Source: Octopus vulgaris (lineage: Eukaryota). Taken from it: a stretch of DNA of 64,000 bases. The stretch lies in contig OX597820.1 of NCBI GenBank assembly GCA_951406725.2, positions 50,468,001 through 50,532,000 on the forward strand, in the 5' to 3' direction. Below, piece after piece: positions 12,592 to 28,237 of the stretch. A program made the translations under genes and the position numbers. How positions within the stretch are numbered: the first letter of the stretch is position 1; each line of letters begins with the position of its first letter. The notes beneath the pieces are model-generated. The model ran no database searches and was not told the DNA's origin. It saw nothing but the letters and a program-made list of their open reading frames with translations.

Positions 12592-13405
12592 GAGGGTGCG
12601 ATGGGTAAATTGTCGACATTTCAAATTTTGAATTTCGCGCATGCACATTGTTTATTTTGGATTTTGTCGGCTACACAGTATGGTAGGGTCAGTAGGGCAC
12701 TCTCTGTGAGAAAAGCAGCTGCAGGACACAATTTACTCTGTCAGAAATTAGGAAGCAACAGAAGCACCAGTACGATTATTTTAGAGTGTTTGGTTGTCAA
12801 TCCAAAGACAGTGCAAAGTGAGGACTTGTACTGAGAGAGATATACAGTCAACATTATGATTTTTGGAGTGATCTCTAGTGAGATCTTCCCCAACGACCTC
12901 AGATTTAGCACGGAAGCCAACACTAAGTGTATGGGGGAAGGCAGTGCTGCCATGGATCAAGAGGGTGGCTGGTTGAAAACACTATGTCTGTCAATAGAAC
13001 TCAGCACCATTCCACACAAACAGGAGAACACAATCCACGGCTGAAAGATTATTTCTCCGACTACATCATCTAACTCACCAGACTGCAACCCACTTCATTA
13101 TTATGTGTTGGGCGTAGTTGAGCGAGATATCAACAAAATTCCTTATAACACCAAAGATAAACTGAAGACAAGGATTATAGCAACATTCGCCAACTTAAAC
13201 TAGTAGACCATCCTGAAAGGTTGCAGATGATTCCAAAGTCGTCTGGAAGTTGTATTTGAAGCCAATGACGATTTGATTGAATAAATTTTCTCTTTAGTAT
13301 TTCAAGATATTTTTTATGTAATTTTGGTAAATATATCTGTTAAAATGAAATGTCAATATCATTTTGATTTTTGCGTAATTTAGACAATAATTTATTCACA
13401 CACCT

Positions 13406-13407
<2 letters not shown>
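12592..13407 (+). mobile_element. Decayed IS630-Tc1-mariner (maT/DD37D-like) transposon
   Basis: Imperfect TIRs gagggtgcgatgggtaaattgtc / acaataatttattcacacaccttg|TA; C-terminal SPDCNPLHYYVLGVVERDIN...FQSRLEVVFEANDDLIE*. Confidence 0.8.
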
Positions 13408-13466
<59 letters not shown>

Positions 13467-13759
13467 CGTGTGTGTGGGTGTGTGTGTGTGTGTGTGTGTG
13501 CTCGCGCGCCCCTGTCACTGTTTGACAAATACACAAAAACACATACGCACACACGGAGACACAGATATACACATTCGCACGCAAACGCAGGTATATGTGC
13601 GCTCGCACACACATACACGCGCGCACATGATTGTGGGGTTGCGTGTGTACGTATATATACATCTGCATTCATCTACGTACGCAGTTATGTTTGTGCATAT
13701 TTATGAGAGAATTTCTTTCAACGTTATTGTTTCACTGTTATTCAATACTTTTCGTCAAT

Positions 13760-14165
13760 GGCGGCGAGGTGGCAGAAACGTTAGCACGCCGGGCAAAATG
13801 CTTAGCAGTATTTCGTCTGTCTTTACGTTCTGAGTTCAAATTCCGCTGAAGTTGACGTAGCTTTTCATCCTTTCGGGGTCGATTAAATAAGTACCAGCTA
13901 CGCATTGGGGTCGATAAAATCGACTTAATCCGTTTGTCCGTCTTTGTTTGTCCCCTCTATGTTTAGCACTTTGTGGGCAATAAAGAAATAAGAAACGTTA
14001 GCACGCCGGGCGAAATTCTTAGCAGCATCCCGTCTGTCTTAACGTTCTGAGTTCAAATTCCGCCGAGCTCAACTTTGCCTTTCATCCTTTCGCGGGTCGA
14101 TAAATTAAGTATCAGTTGCGCACTGGGGTCGATCTAATCGATTGGCTCCCTCCCCAAAATTTCTG
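13760..14165 (+). mobile_element. Tandem (dimeric) family-A SINE
   Basis: Two head-to-tail units starting gaaacgttagcacgccgggc at ~13775 and ~13992, each with B-box gagttcaaattcc and core catcctttc..ggtcgat. Confidence 0.9.
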
Positions 14166-14189
14166 AAAGAATACATTTCCTCTCTAATC

Positions 14190-15050
14190 CAAGCTAAGCA
14201 GAACTTTCTTTAATATCGGTACATGCTCCTTCTAGACACATTATGCGATATACGAAGTTTCTGTTCTTTCAGTCGATACAAAGGCTTGTTACAGAAATCA
14301 TGCAAACCTTTCTTCTTATTTTTCTATCAAAAGGATAAGATTTACAGATCATTGATCTCAATGATCAACCTGATATTTTGTTCACGACTTTGATATTAAG
14401 ATTAGTTTCCCATAGAATTTTCCAATACCTATTAATTATTTTATATTGGTTGCGATGTCTACAAAGGCGGTATTATCGAATTTTGTTTTACCGGACTATG
14501 CATTAACCTTCTTTTATATTTTATATTCTGTCGTTGTCATCGTCGTCGTCGTCATCATCATCATCATCATCACAACTATAATCATCTCGGCTGTTTTATT
14601 TGTCTTGCGCTTTCATATTATACAATTGACCGAAGCCGTATGTACTTTGGGTTATGGAGTATACTATTACCTTTCGTATTGCTTTCAAAGCAATCTAATA
14701 TTTATACAGTGACCAGCTGTGTTATTTTCTGATATTTGCGTATATGAGAAACTCTTGGAATCTTAGCTAAGTAATACTCAGCAACTTCAATAATTCTCAT
14801 GGCTAATGTGATGTTGATTGCTTCTGCAAACGGATTATCATTGTTTCTAAATTCTTCATGTGTGCGGTACCAAACTATTTCTATTAGAGATTTATTATCA
14901 TCTGCTGGAACTCAAAATAATATGAAAAGCAATTTCCTTTTCTAATTACCTGCGACCATACTACTCAGTATATGCGACCTGTTGTCTTTGTTTCATCGGA
15001 ATGGTGTGTCGTAGAATATAATCAAATTATAATTTTCTAAGTCGTTAGGC
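14190..15050 (-). mobile_element. Old, heavily decayed R4/Dong-like copy
   Basis: Minus-strand KILWET.. and following residues resemble the decayed KILWD...PD RLE motif; upstream part has an open stretch 14703-14910. Confidence 0.4.
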
Positions 15051-15107
15051 CAGTCTTTTCTGATAGCAATTCATAAGGCTGGCATAATTTCCATGTCGAG
15101 TATTATG

Positions 15108-15615
<508 letters not shown>

Positions 15616-16299
15616 GTATTAGCAATAAAGAAACAATGCCATTAAGTTATTCCTTCACAAAATTTACACATTGTGTAGTTACCCATATCACACTATTCAT
15701 TAGATGTCTTGTGGCAGTTTCCAGTTAAAGCTTTTTCCCCTCGTACCTCAATGAAATTCCTTCGGTCACAGATTTGATTTCTGAGCATTTCTTCGAAGGT
15801 TAATATATTTATTTCTTTTCATCTACTATTTGCAGTCTTCGAACGAATTTGCTGTCGTTTTATGAAGTTAATCTCTAGCCTTCTTACCAGCCTAGATAGT
15901 AGTAATTTCTTTCTATACCAATATTATCATTCAAACTGCTATAGATATACTCCAACTTCCACATTTAACTTGAATTCACATATTTCCTTCACTGTCATAT
16001 ATGTATTCTGATACCATTTTCTTGTATCTAAGCAGATGTATGCATGAAGGATACAGAAGGAGGGTCTGATTCATAATTAGTAGGGCTCTAAATCATAAGG
16101 CTTAGCGGAATCTAGTGAAATATCTTCGCCAGACGGTACACAAAAGTATCATTTTCAGACACTTCCGCATTCCGAGGCTCTAAATTGTAACTTACTTACA
16201 TTATACGTTAATCCAGCACTGTAAGCTTGTCTAACATTGATATAACGATGTTAATGTTATACATTCATAATTCTTATGTAAGAGACAATATATTTATAA

Positions 16300-16730
16300 C
16301 GGTTTCAAAGTTTGGCGCAAGGCCAGCAATTTCGTGGGAGGGTTAAATCGATTACATAGGCTGCAGTAACGTAACGAAATGGTTCTTTATAGTATCAACC
16401 TGGAAAGGATGAAAAACAAAGTCGGAGTTTAAGCTTAAAATGTTAAGACGGACGAAATACCACTTAGCATTTCGCCCGGCATGCCAAGCAATCTTGCTGC
16501 CTTCGTTATATCTGTTATTAATAATACATTTGAAATGGTATAATCGTTCACCCGTTGGACAAATTCGCGTCGTTTTCTTCGGTTCTTTACGTTCTGTGTC
16601 CAAATCCCTCGTAAGTCAACTTTGTATTTTATCATTTCGGAATAGATAAGATGACGTTCCAGCAAAGTATAGGGATTGATGGAATCAACAATTTGCTCTC
16701 ACCTTTCAGTTTTGCTGTTCTTGTTCCAAA
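16300..16730. mobile_element. Two degenerate family-A SINE fragments in opposite orientations
   Basis: 16320-16500 on minus (gacgaaatacc..gcatttcgcccggcatgc) and 16545-16720 on plus (ctttacgttctg..caactttgtattttatcatttcgg). Confidence 0.65.
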
Positions 16731-17437
16731 GTTATAAAGAAATATGAAATATAAAATTTACTGATTGAGGTTTGAGTATCGCAAAAATGTTGACATCAGA
16801 CAAAATATTTTGTGGAACAGAAAGCTTGACAAACTTTACTTGGGTTTAGTTGTATTCATCCTCATAGTGAGTTCCAAATATTATCGAATTTGGATTTTGC
16901 CGTTTATCATTTCAACGAGAAAGATTTAGTACCAGTTATATACAGAGGTAAAACTAAGTCACAACATCGTACTCCCTTTAAACATTCATAATTTGTGGCA
17001 ATACTAGATCTTACTACTAAGTGTTACTGCAAACGTGACACAACTATTTTATATCTCTTCACCTTATGTTCATTTTAAAACACTCTACGTAGCTCCAAGG
17101 CTCTTTAACTGATGTCTATTCTTTAGTTATCACTCTTCCCAAGATCCTGCAGGAATATATTTTTTTCTTTCTGCGGTTACATGGGATTTAAAAGTTGAAA
17201 CTGATGAACAGTATACTTCGAGTGACATGACATCTCAACTACATACAATACTTAAATAATATCAATTAAATAAGAATGATGTCTATACGGTATGGTATAT
17301 AACATATAACATGGCTATGATGCTCACCCGCTACTTTTGCGCGTAATTAGAGATGCACATATCGTCAGCCACTAAGGGGCATGCTCAATTGGTTAAGGTC
17401 AAACAACTGACAAACAAATCTTTGGTATTGAGCAGAA

Positions 17438-17572
<135 letters not shown>

Positions 17573-17845
17573 CGTTCTATGAGGCTTCAAGTTTCGCAGG
17601 ATTCTAACAGAAACATGTTTCATTTTCAGTACCCACGTTGAACTTGCTCTGTTTCTCCATTCAGTAATCTAAGCCTAAGTGAAACGGGTTTCTCTTAGAA
17701 GCCAGCGAAATTTGAAGTCGCACTGAGTAAAGGCAAACTGTCTTAAACAATAATGTTTGCAAGTTCTACTAAATGTGAGTGCATTTTCTTTTTCTTCCAG
17801 TTGTCTACTGACTAATATATACATCTACATACACACACATATATA

Positions 17846-17895
<50 letters not shown>

Positions 17896-17916
17896 CATAC
17901 ATATTTACATACATGA

Positions 17917-17959
<43 letters not shown>

Positions 17960-17960
<1 letters not shown>

Positions 17961-18900
17961 ATGAATGAATTACAGTTAACACGGACATTCAATAAACAGT
18001 TACCAGGGTAGCAAAAATTCATGCAAGTCAGAAGGATGTAGCGACTTATTAAAAGATAGAAACTCCGGGTTAATGTGCAGTAATTTGTATGGTATAATTA
18101 AATAAATGGAGTTGAACGCAGGTGTTATTCAAATTATTTCACAATCAACATATGTTTCGAAGAGAACATTGGTTTTATTCCAAAGGAATAAACGGTGTAA
18201 AATTTTGTAATCTCATCAGGAAATAAAGAGAACCCATCTCAACAACAAGACATTATAACAATTCAAATGACTGCGAAAATGATAAACAGAACGTTATTAA
18301 GTATTTTTAAAATAACCGTTAGTAGATCTTCCGAACGGAAGAGAAGGGTTAAAGAAATAATAAGTAGAGAACAAATAAAGAGGGATATATTGGTTGAAAA
18401 TAATGTTCAAAGGCTTAGACGTAGTTTTCTCTATTGAAGTAAAATGCAAGGTGAACTAAATGTTCAAACAATACAGTCTGGTATAAATCACTTATAGGAG
18501 CTAAAGGCATGTTTCTGCCAGTGCTTACATTTGTAAGATCGCTCTATAAGTGTGGTAACCAGGTGATTCTTAGAGAAGAGAATATGGAAGTGTTCAGAGT
18601 TGCAAATGCTGCAAAACCTTTTGCTCATGTCATAAGGGAAAGAGATGAACAGGATGAACCAATCTAAATTAAAATCCTTAATGTTAAATTTACTAAGCCC
18701 TGTGCTATTACTTTTACTGCTATCCCTAAATGAAAAATAATGATTGGAAATTCTCTTAGATAACTGGGAAGAAGAAGCGCCAATATAGAAATAGACATCG
18801 GTACAGGAGGTAAATTTACATTGGTGTATAGACGTCTTAATCTTAGAATTATTAGACATAAATTTAATTCTGTTGAGGTTGTCATAAGAGACCAAAACTA
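17960..18900 (-). mobile_element. Penelope-like element (Neptune-type) 3' fragment: GIY-YIG endonuclease + pLTR
   Basis: ORF 18488..18895: IHQC..YFYIGASS..SKRISNH..SF..STGLSK..CSICNSE..CKH; hammerhead motif downstream. Confidence 0.8.
18143..18223 (-). ncRNA. Type-I hammerhead motif with long stem II in PLE 3' end
   Basis: tttc CTGATGA [~54 nt] GAAAC ATAT GTT; the homolog at 56246-56331 preserves GAAAC ATAT GTC ggaa. Confidence 0.55.
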
Positions 18901-18906
18901 TGTTGT

Positions 18907-18987
<81 letters not shown>

Positions 18988-19053
18988 TTGTATGCGCGAG
19001 TGAATGTATGCGAGTGTGCGTGTGTATACATATATATATACACATATATATGC

Positions 19054-19150
<97 letters not shown>

Positions 19151-19415
19151 CATACATACATACACACATATACACATACATAAATGTAAGATTCAATCAT
19201 TGCGGTGTAGAAATAAGGTGTACTTCATGCAAACCTTAGGAAAATGTCAACTTTCAGGCACTATTGAGGTTTATTAAGGAGAAAGGTTGTGGACATTTTT
19301 CCATATCGAAGCATGCAAAGCAAAAAAAAATGCTTTATAATTCCATGACGGGCAGCCAGGATTGCCAGCTATTCGAATAAAATACAATAGTTAAGGAATG
19401 GTGGACATAGTACCC

Positions 19416-19500
19416 GGGCTACATGTTTCGTAGAGAGCGGAACCTCGGAAGTGGTTGATGCCTAATAACGTTGCATACGGGAGGCTACTCTTTAGGACAA
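19416..19500 (-). ncRNA. Decayed hammerhead-like motif
   Basis: CTAAAGA (G5 mutated) gtag...ctac GAAAC AT GTA; stem II closing pairs intact, stem I poor. Confidence 0.3.
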
Positions 19501-19664
19501 GTGTATTTTCATTAAATGGAATTTGCAGCATCGCAACAAACGGACGATTCGATCAGAATATAAACATCATTTAATCAAGTCAACCTTCGCCTGAGGTGTA
19601 ATCTCTAGCATTCAAAACATTTGGCTATCTACCACAGTCGAGGTCGACTCGACTGTGGTAGATA

Positions 19665-19720
<56 letters not shown>

Positions 19721-21674
19721 TGTATGTATGTAATTTAAGCTTTCTTTGAGTATACTGATTGAAATATTGAAGATGCCTAAAGCAATTAGATAGTTCTGAA
19801 ACACACTGAAATATTTCTGAAAAATGAATATCTTAATTTTGAAAGACATAGAAAAATATTTGTACATGAACATTCATGAGCAGTGAATGAGACCTAATCA
19901 CACAAAGAGGTTTAGGACAACGAAGTAGGCCTGTATGATATCATCTGATATGCTTGAAACTCAAGTCGAACCGACGTCAATCCATTAACGCTTAACCTAT
20001 TGTCTTCCAAAAAGACCCACCGGATAATGTGATCCTGAGTTTTCAGAGACGTTAATGGCCTGAACAAGTTTAATGTTAGATGTAACCCATTAAGGCTCGT
20101 ACGGGGATAAGCAACAGCAATAACAAAGAAAGCAATACATTAAGTCGCTGATATAAAAGGTGTGACAATAATCTGCACTCATAAAACCGACAATAAAATG
20201 GTATGTGTCTTATCAGATGAAAATATTCAAACTTCGATAAAACACAAATATATGGCTGTATGAAACAAGGAGAAAGACGTTCAACAGTTATAGACAAACG
20301 CACACTCGCACGCAGACACAAAAAAAAACCCATACTCGTTTAGGAATATATTCATATACGTTCATACATCTTGTGGTGAATGCGTATTAATGTATATGTG
20401 TTTGAGCAAATGTGTGTGTCTATTTACGAATGTAATTTCACAGATGCTGAAATTTTGTACGTACACATACAGAAACACATTGATCCATATATACATACGC
20501 ATTTTACACATACACTGGCATTGAAATATACATAGAGTCAAGCACACACTCATACACACACATTTATATATTACGTATAGAAATGTATATAGAACACAAC
20601 GTTCATATATGTAGATATGTGTGTTAGTGTATGTTGGCGTGTGTGTACGTGTGTGCGTGAGTGTATGTGTCTGTGTGTGTGTGTTTGCATGTATACATAG
20701 ATGCACAAATAACACACACATATATTTGCGTGTATATTCATACAGACGGAAATATATGTAATAATATTGGACAAAAAAGCATAAGAACAATTTTGACAAA
20801 AAAGAAAACAAGACAAGCTAAATAATATTTGGAGTGTTTAGCCTGAAGAAGGAAGTTTTATCAATAGCCCGGCCAATGGCTGCCACTGTCAGAATTGCTA
20901 ACGAGTTTCCAAATAGTTTCTTATAAAAATAGGAAATTGATTTCTGTCTATGTTGAAGATTGGAGATATTTGTTTGTGTGTTATATATTTTGTGAAGAAA
21001 AATAACATGAGAAAAATAAAATACATGAAAGAGAAAAAGTAAAATATATAGTAATATACTGAGTATAAAAGAATGATATAGGGAAATAAATATAGTGGAT
21101 AAAACAACAAAATACGTATTACTCCAAATCTCTCAATTCCTGCTCCGTTCCTTTTCAATATGTATGTTTTGAATTTTATTGAAAGCCACAGAGTGAATAA
21201 AAAACTGAACTTAGGGAATCAAATCTGGTTACCTGTCAGTCTATATAACTATAAGAAATGGCAGAACTTGTGCTGTGACTTTGTTATGATAGAAGAGCTA
21301 TTTTCCAAATGTTTTCCAAACACTCTCGGTCCATTATACTTCTCATGTGAAGTTGGATTCATCGTCAATCTCGACGAGGAGCATTCAGTAGTTAGTTTTA
21401 CTTAATTCCAATTGGAGGAATTAATTTGGTATGTCAGAGATTATTCTACAATCGAGGGAAACACTAACACAATTCTCAAGCCGCTGGTGTGATTTCTGAA
21501 TCAAGCCTTGACATTCGAATTATTGGAAGTATTACAAGAACGAAGTACTGGACTGGTATTCTATCCACACACAGACATACGCGCACGCGCAAACACACCC
21601 TCTCACTCAATCACACACACAGAGACACACACACAACATTTTACTATCACGAGTGTGTTTCGAAGCATGTGAAG

Positions 21675-21812
21675 TTGCTTGGCTTGGTGATTAGGGTAGT
21701 CGGCTTACAATCGTAAGGTCATGCTTTCGATTTTCAGCGTCTCTTTGTGTCCCTGATCAAGACACTTTATTTGACATTGCTCCAGTTCACCCGCTTTGCA
21801 AGAATGGGTAGT
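21675..21812 (+). mobile_element. Degenerate tRNA-derived SINE head
   Basis: tggcttggtgattagggt (A-box-like) ... tttcgattttc (B-box-like) ... gtgtccctgatcaagacacttt. Confidence 0.55.
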
Positions 21813-22382
21813 ATTTGTTTTTCACATTCGTTTTCCCGCTGGATCTCGCTGAGAACAATGTTTACAGATTATCAATTAAACTGGCTATATCAGGCCCAAA
21901 TATTCTACATCTGTCATGTTCAAACCAGCTATGTCTCACGCTTTCTGTATAGTATCATTCTAAAACATATGGAATTACTTCATTCAAATCTGAAAGCAAT
22001 GATATAACGCCTGATTACATCAGGTCAATTTGAATAAAAAAGCATTATATTTGACAAAGTAATCTGAATGCCAAACGGTTTAGTGTACGTGTGTCTTTGG
22101 ATTGGTCAGTCCCATGCACGTTAATTTCACGAGGTGGCTGTTCCATTCAGGCAGGACTGTAAATATATAAAATCTTGTTATCAGTTCAAATATAACAAAT
22201 TCGAACCCCTAAGAGAGTTTTGACTTTATTTTGTCATGCAGAAAATTTGTCTCTGCGAACGAATTTGGTGCCTTCACACCGATCCGTCCACTGCAACAAA
22301 TTTTCTCTATCACAAAACAGAATAAATGGCTTCCTTACGTGTTCGAACATGCCTCAAACATATTTGATCTAGTAACAAGTTC

Positions 22383-22456
<74 letters not shown>

Positions 22457-22535
22457 GTGCGTTTGTGTGTGTGTGTGTGTGTGTATGTATGACATGAGAG
22501 AAAGAAAAAAAGGCAATTCACGATATTTCTTTATT

Positions 22536-22623
22536 AATTAATACTATCGTTTCGACACATCGTGCATCGGTCCCTTGTGGATGAGATTCTGTACAAGTGG
22601 TTGTGGTGTATCATCAGCTGACT
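22536..22623 (-). ncRNA. Hammerhead motif with long stem II, decayed
   Basis: agtcag CTGATGA tacac[..cttgt..acaag..]gtgtc GAAAC gata GTA ttaatt. Confidence 0.5.
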
Positions 22624-23170
22624 TTTCAAAAGGTACCTCGCTCATTAAGCCCAGTTTCAACTAGCTCGTTTATAGTATATTTCGTTACTTGCCTGCATGA
22701 GATCATAGTTTGGAATGATTTGGAATGAAGGACACTTCTCGTTATTGGTAGTAAAGATCCTATCTAAAATCATAAATAAAATCGTATATAGGAATCAAAA
22801 CTAAAATACAAAAATATAAATAAGCATATGATGGGCAGGTCAGTCATGTACTATGCTTGCATTGATAAAATATTCATTTAATAAAGTCATAACATTATTG
22901 GACAAGCAGGTATGATTTGAAGAGAGAAAACAGAAAGATGAAATCCAGCATTTAATTAAATATTGGCTCATATATGCATATACAGAAACACTTTCACTAA
23001 CGCCAATGCCAACTTAAATGGTCGACTCACTCTTTGTGTTGTATCACTTCGTACCATACCTTGGTTATCTTTGAGTGCGAAGGAATACTAGAAGTAAATC
23101 GTGTGGAATTTATATCCACAATATTAAATGACATCAAGTGTGAACGTACTTTAAACGGCATACTATTAGG

Positions 23171-23209
<39 letters not shown>

Positions 23210-24349
23210 CATTACAGATATAGGTTGAAAAATCAACAAATTTCACCTAGTAGTTTTTCGGTATGGAAAAGGACCATATTCGTTAAAACCTTATACAAAA
23301 AGGTTTTTTTTATATATATAATCAGTAGTAGTCTTTTGGCTGCTATTTCTAAAATTTTCGGTATGTGGTCAAGCAAGTTGTTGCTAAACACTTATTGTTA
23401 TAATTATACATATATATATATATATTTGTATAGACACAACCTAAGTGTCACCTTTAGTTGCGCATAAAGTGTTATAGGCAAACGCGAACAGAGTCCAGTT
23501 GCTCATGCAGGAAGTACAATGTGTGCCCAGTAGGGGTGACATTGCGAGGTTGAGGGAGTCATAAAGGAGGCTGTAGAGATATCCAGCCCTAACAACCAAA
23601 GAAATAACAGCAACGGCTATTCCAACAACATTAACGACAATGATGACACGCCGGAGGTGGCAGCGGTGCGAACGCATTAATCAAAAGAAACACTAGCAGC
23701 GACAGCAACGATCACAGCCCCAAAACCAGCGTCACGACCTGATGATGACCACTCCAGAAGCAGCAGCAGCAACGAAGCTACTACCCCCACGTCTGGTATT
23801 AGCAGCGACGGCGGCCATAACTCCATCGGTATATGCAGCAGCAACACAGCACAGGGATGACTAATACAACGGCAATAACTAAAGCGATATCGCCAGACCC
23901 ATACCCCGTAATAATAGTACTGATAAAAGCCCCAACAACAGCGGCGAAAACAACAACTCCAGGGTCCGGGTCAAACAGAAGATACACCAGAATCGTGAAC
24001 ACAAGGAGCACGCAATTTCGAAGATATATTATGTTGGCTGAAACTGCATTTAAGCGGCACCAATACAACCCCAGTTCTTCTTTCAGGATCTCGGAATGAC
24101 GCTACGTCACGTCCCTGGCCAGCAACGTGTGGCACCTATGAGTCTAGGTACTTTATGAATACGAAATCATTGGTCACTCTATGACCGGACAGATATTTAA
24201 CTGCATGTAAATAGGATATTGTTCTATCCTTTAGAGTTTGCTTCTTTTTCGGATATATGATCCACTTACGACTATGCATACATACATATTTACTATAAAA
24301 AATTCAGCAACGAAATATGAATAATGAGGAAAAATTGGATAGGCAGTCA

Positions 24350-24890
24350 TTGGCAGACATTGTCTATTAAAACTTTCCGCTCATTTCCACCTTCATCCAA
24401 TAGAAGTATTTCATTGAGTTACATACTGCAGTGTAGACGGGTCGTAATTGGCCGTGTCCTCTCACGCTTTCAAACTTGTACGGTGGCATCTGGCACTGTT
24501 GATAACATCATTGGATGGGTGTTGCAGTTGGTGAGCGATCCATCTTTATCCTTGTGTTCATTTATTTTTCGCCAGCCATCATTGGAAACGTGGTCGTTAT
24601 AGGATATCTGGTTTATTTTCGTCAGGTTTCTTGTATGAAAATTGTTCCCTATGACTCATTATGAAAAGTGTTCCGCATGTCTCATAACCATATGTGAAAA
24701 TCGTAAGACAGATATTTCTATATCTTTACCTAAGTTGATGGAGTTATGTCAGATGATCAGGTGTTGAAATTGCACCATTGCTCCGCATACCACTCTCCAC
24801 CTGTCTATGACGTCACTGTTTGAATTATGAATGAGATATTTTTAAAGTCTATCTAAGGTAAGTGAATTTATGAACCATGGACAGATGCTT
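24350..24890 (-). mobile_element. Degenerate RTE-clade LINE 3' fragment
   Basis: Minus-strand ISYNDHVSND and KRERTRP pieces resemble RTE C-terminal 'ISW.DHVSN.E' and 'R.RGRP' motifs. Confidence 0.5.
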
Positions 24891-25389
24891 TCCATTTGTC
24901 AGTATGGCTTTTATTTCGTCTGTTTATATTAATGGTGATATACCTTGTTTTTGATTCGTTTATTTCTAGCCCCACAGTCTTTACTTGTCACACGACAGGA
25001 TCTAACGCGACCCAAGTAGTTATGTGCTTTTATAATGCTAAGAACAAAGAGAGCAATATTATCTGCAAATTCGAGATATGTAGGTTCAGTTTAAAATTAA
25101 AGTTTACACAGTAGACTTTAAAATGTAGTATCAAAATCATGTTTTAGTTATGTCGCTAGCAATGTGCCTTAAGAGCACGTTTACAACATACGGCTACCAG
25201 GCGTCATCCGCAGTTAGATAATTGATAAGGAAGACAGAAAATGCTGTAAGCTTCATTTAACACGACAATCGTTTCGGCTTATATCTGCACTGCACCAGGT
25301 GGGGTACATTCCGGTCTGTTATATCGTTCCCCCCCACTATAATATATATAAATGTATGATGGTACATATATATGTATATATATAAACAT

Positions 25390-25474
<85 letters not shown>

Positions 25475-25486
25475 TAACATACACAC

Positions 25487-25517
<31 letters not shown>

Positions 25518-26927
25518 TTTACTATATATTATCCTAACAATATATCCCCTATGTATGTATCTGTCTGTATGTCTGTCCGTCGGCCTCTATGCATGTGTTA
25601 TGTACGTATATTTGGAATAGTGCATGTGTTTGTTCCATTGCTGTTACTGGTTTCTGTACCCCGAAAATCGGCAACATAGAGCGACAGATTAAGTATTAGA
25701 CTCAAAGAAATAATACTAACTCTATGCAAGGTAGAAATTTTACGACAAATGTAATAAAGCTCTTTCCAACATTTTATTATCACGAATGTGTTTCTAAGCC
25801 ATAGATAAAAAAATGGCCAAATATATCACGAATTTATCTTTCAGTAATGAAATTTCAATTAATATCCTCGGTATTGTAAACAGGAATTTCTTTTCTCTTT
25901 TTAATTCAATAAAGTTCACGCTAAATTTATAAAACTCAAACTATTAAATATCGACTTAAAGTTTTAAAAACTAACTGCTAGTTGGAGAATTGTTGAAAAT
26001 TAGCATATGCTACATAAATTTTAATAGAAATAATAACTCTTAGATGAAAAGAGAAACAGAAACCTCATTGTAAAGTGATTATAATTTCTTCTAGTACAGG
26101 CACAAAGATATATTGTTTGAGGGGGATTATCGATCGCATCAACACCAGTGATTTTGAGATATTATTCAATTGATCCTGATATGATGAAAGGCACGTATGA
26201 CCGCGGCCAGATTTAATCTCAGATTATCAAGGGTCGAATAACAACCACAAGGCTGTTTGCATAAGCCGACATTTTGTGAAAAGAAGATCGACTACACTAA
26301 AGGAGGATGCAAGCAATGGAAATGAAAAGAAATCGATATATGTACAGAAGAAAATTTACTAAAAGTGAGAACATATAGGAGCTTCTCATGGAGAGTATAA
26401 AACAACTCCTATCACGCTGATGGTTAAGGCAAGTGTTGCTACCAGTCGTTTTCGTCCAATGTACAGGGATGTGCATAGGGCAGGCCTGTGTACACTCGGA
26501 TCGTGCTCCCCATTCGCATCCACTCGCGAATTAATTTTCATGGAAGAATTATTTACCTCTTTAATTACAGTTTCCTTTACAACTAAGATTTGAAATAGTT
26601 GACGAGGACTTAGCCTAACGGGAAGTAGTATGTCTTCAAGTCTTTCACTCTTGTCCATCACATAACCTCTATCACCAAAGTCATCAGATAAGAGGAAGAC
26701 CGCTTTGCCTGGGCTAAAGAAGGCAGCAGAATGATAAATGCACTATACTCAGTCCATAGAAGTTGTTAGAAGATGTCAGGCATTGGTACACTGGGTGCAG
26801 AACAATTTCGTTGCGCTAAGCGCAACTTGAACAGGCAACAATGACTTGAATTTATCATAAACTGTAGGTTCCCTTCTATAGGACTTCTAAGCCAAGTGTT
26901 TTTTATGGATAATGCACGGGATCCAGC

Positions 26928-27015
26928 TTAGAGTTGAAAAGTCTCCATGACTGAAACCGGCACTAAAATGTTTTTAATGATAAAAGTATTTTAGTATTTT
27001 CTATCTTCAAATTTT
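26928..27015 (+). ncRNA. Decayed U3:A8 hammerhead motif (same family as 50259-50294)
   Basis: gag TTGAAAA gtc tccat gact GAAAC CG GCA cta; downstream flank homologous to the reverse complement of 50215-50258. Confidence 0.5.
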
Positions 27016-27066
27016 CCATATATATATATATGTATGTATGTATATGCATGTGTGTGTATGTATATA

Positions 27067-27126
<60 letters not shown>

Positions 27127-27764
27127 CACATATATATACACATACATACATACATACATATGTATATATACACATACATACATACATAAATGCGTTCATA
27201 AACGCACCCTCACTTACACACACACACTGGCATGTAAGCACATTTTCGTTTGCGTACATTTGTCTTCCACCTCGACATTGGTCCTTCATAATTGTCAGAA
27301 TGCGTTTTTTCTTTCTTCATGTTTTAATGGACGTAATCTTGCTGCTAAGTTTCATAGTAAAATATGGATTTCTAAAAGAGTTATGAGCACATTTCTTAGT
27401 GTGAGCAATGATACGAAACTTCTGCAAAAGGAAAAAACCAAATAAAAAATCCTGTAGTTAAATTGCACGGAATATTCTCGACAGCATTATTCTACAAAAT
27501 ACCATTCATAAATATACATTACTCAGAAAGAGATAAAGGAAAAATTGGAGGGACTCCAAAGTGTATAGATACCAAAATTTCATCGTATTTAAGCATTATT
27601 CTAATACTTTTCTGTTAAAAAAAGAAAATTGTATATTTTTTGGGAATAACTGTCTTTTCTCAAAGTTTGATTAGATGTAACACTTTCTGATTTTAATATT
27701 CATTGACGATGCGAGTGTGTGTCTACCACCAAAAGCACCGCCGCCACTAGAACTGTTAATGAAT

Positions 27765-28237
<473 letters not shown>

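Noticed and set aside
14703-14910. Open minus-strand frame (~68 aa) after an AG acceptor
   Set aside because: No recognisable host protein; lies among decayed R4/Dong fragments and ends in a stop with no supporting exons.
23440-24130. GC-richer A/C-skewed segment with short ORFs
   Set aside because: Low complexity, frame-broken, no conserved motif; possibly an old retroelement ORF1 tail but unsupported.
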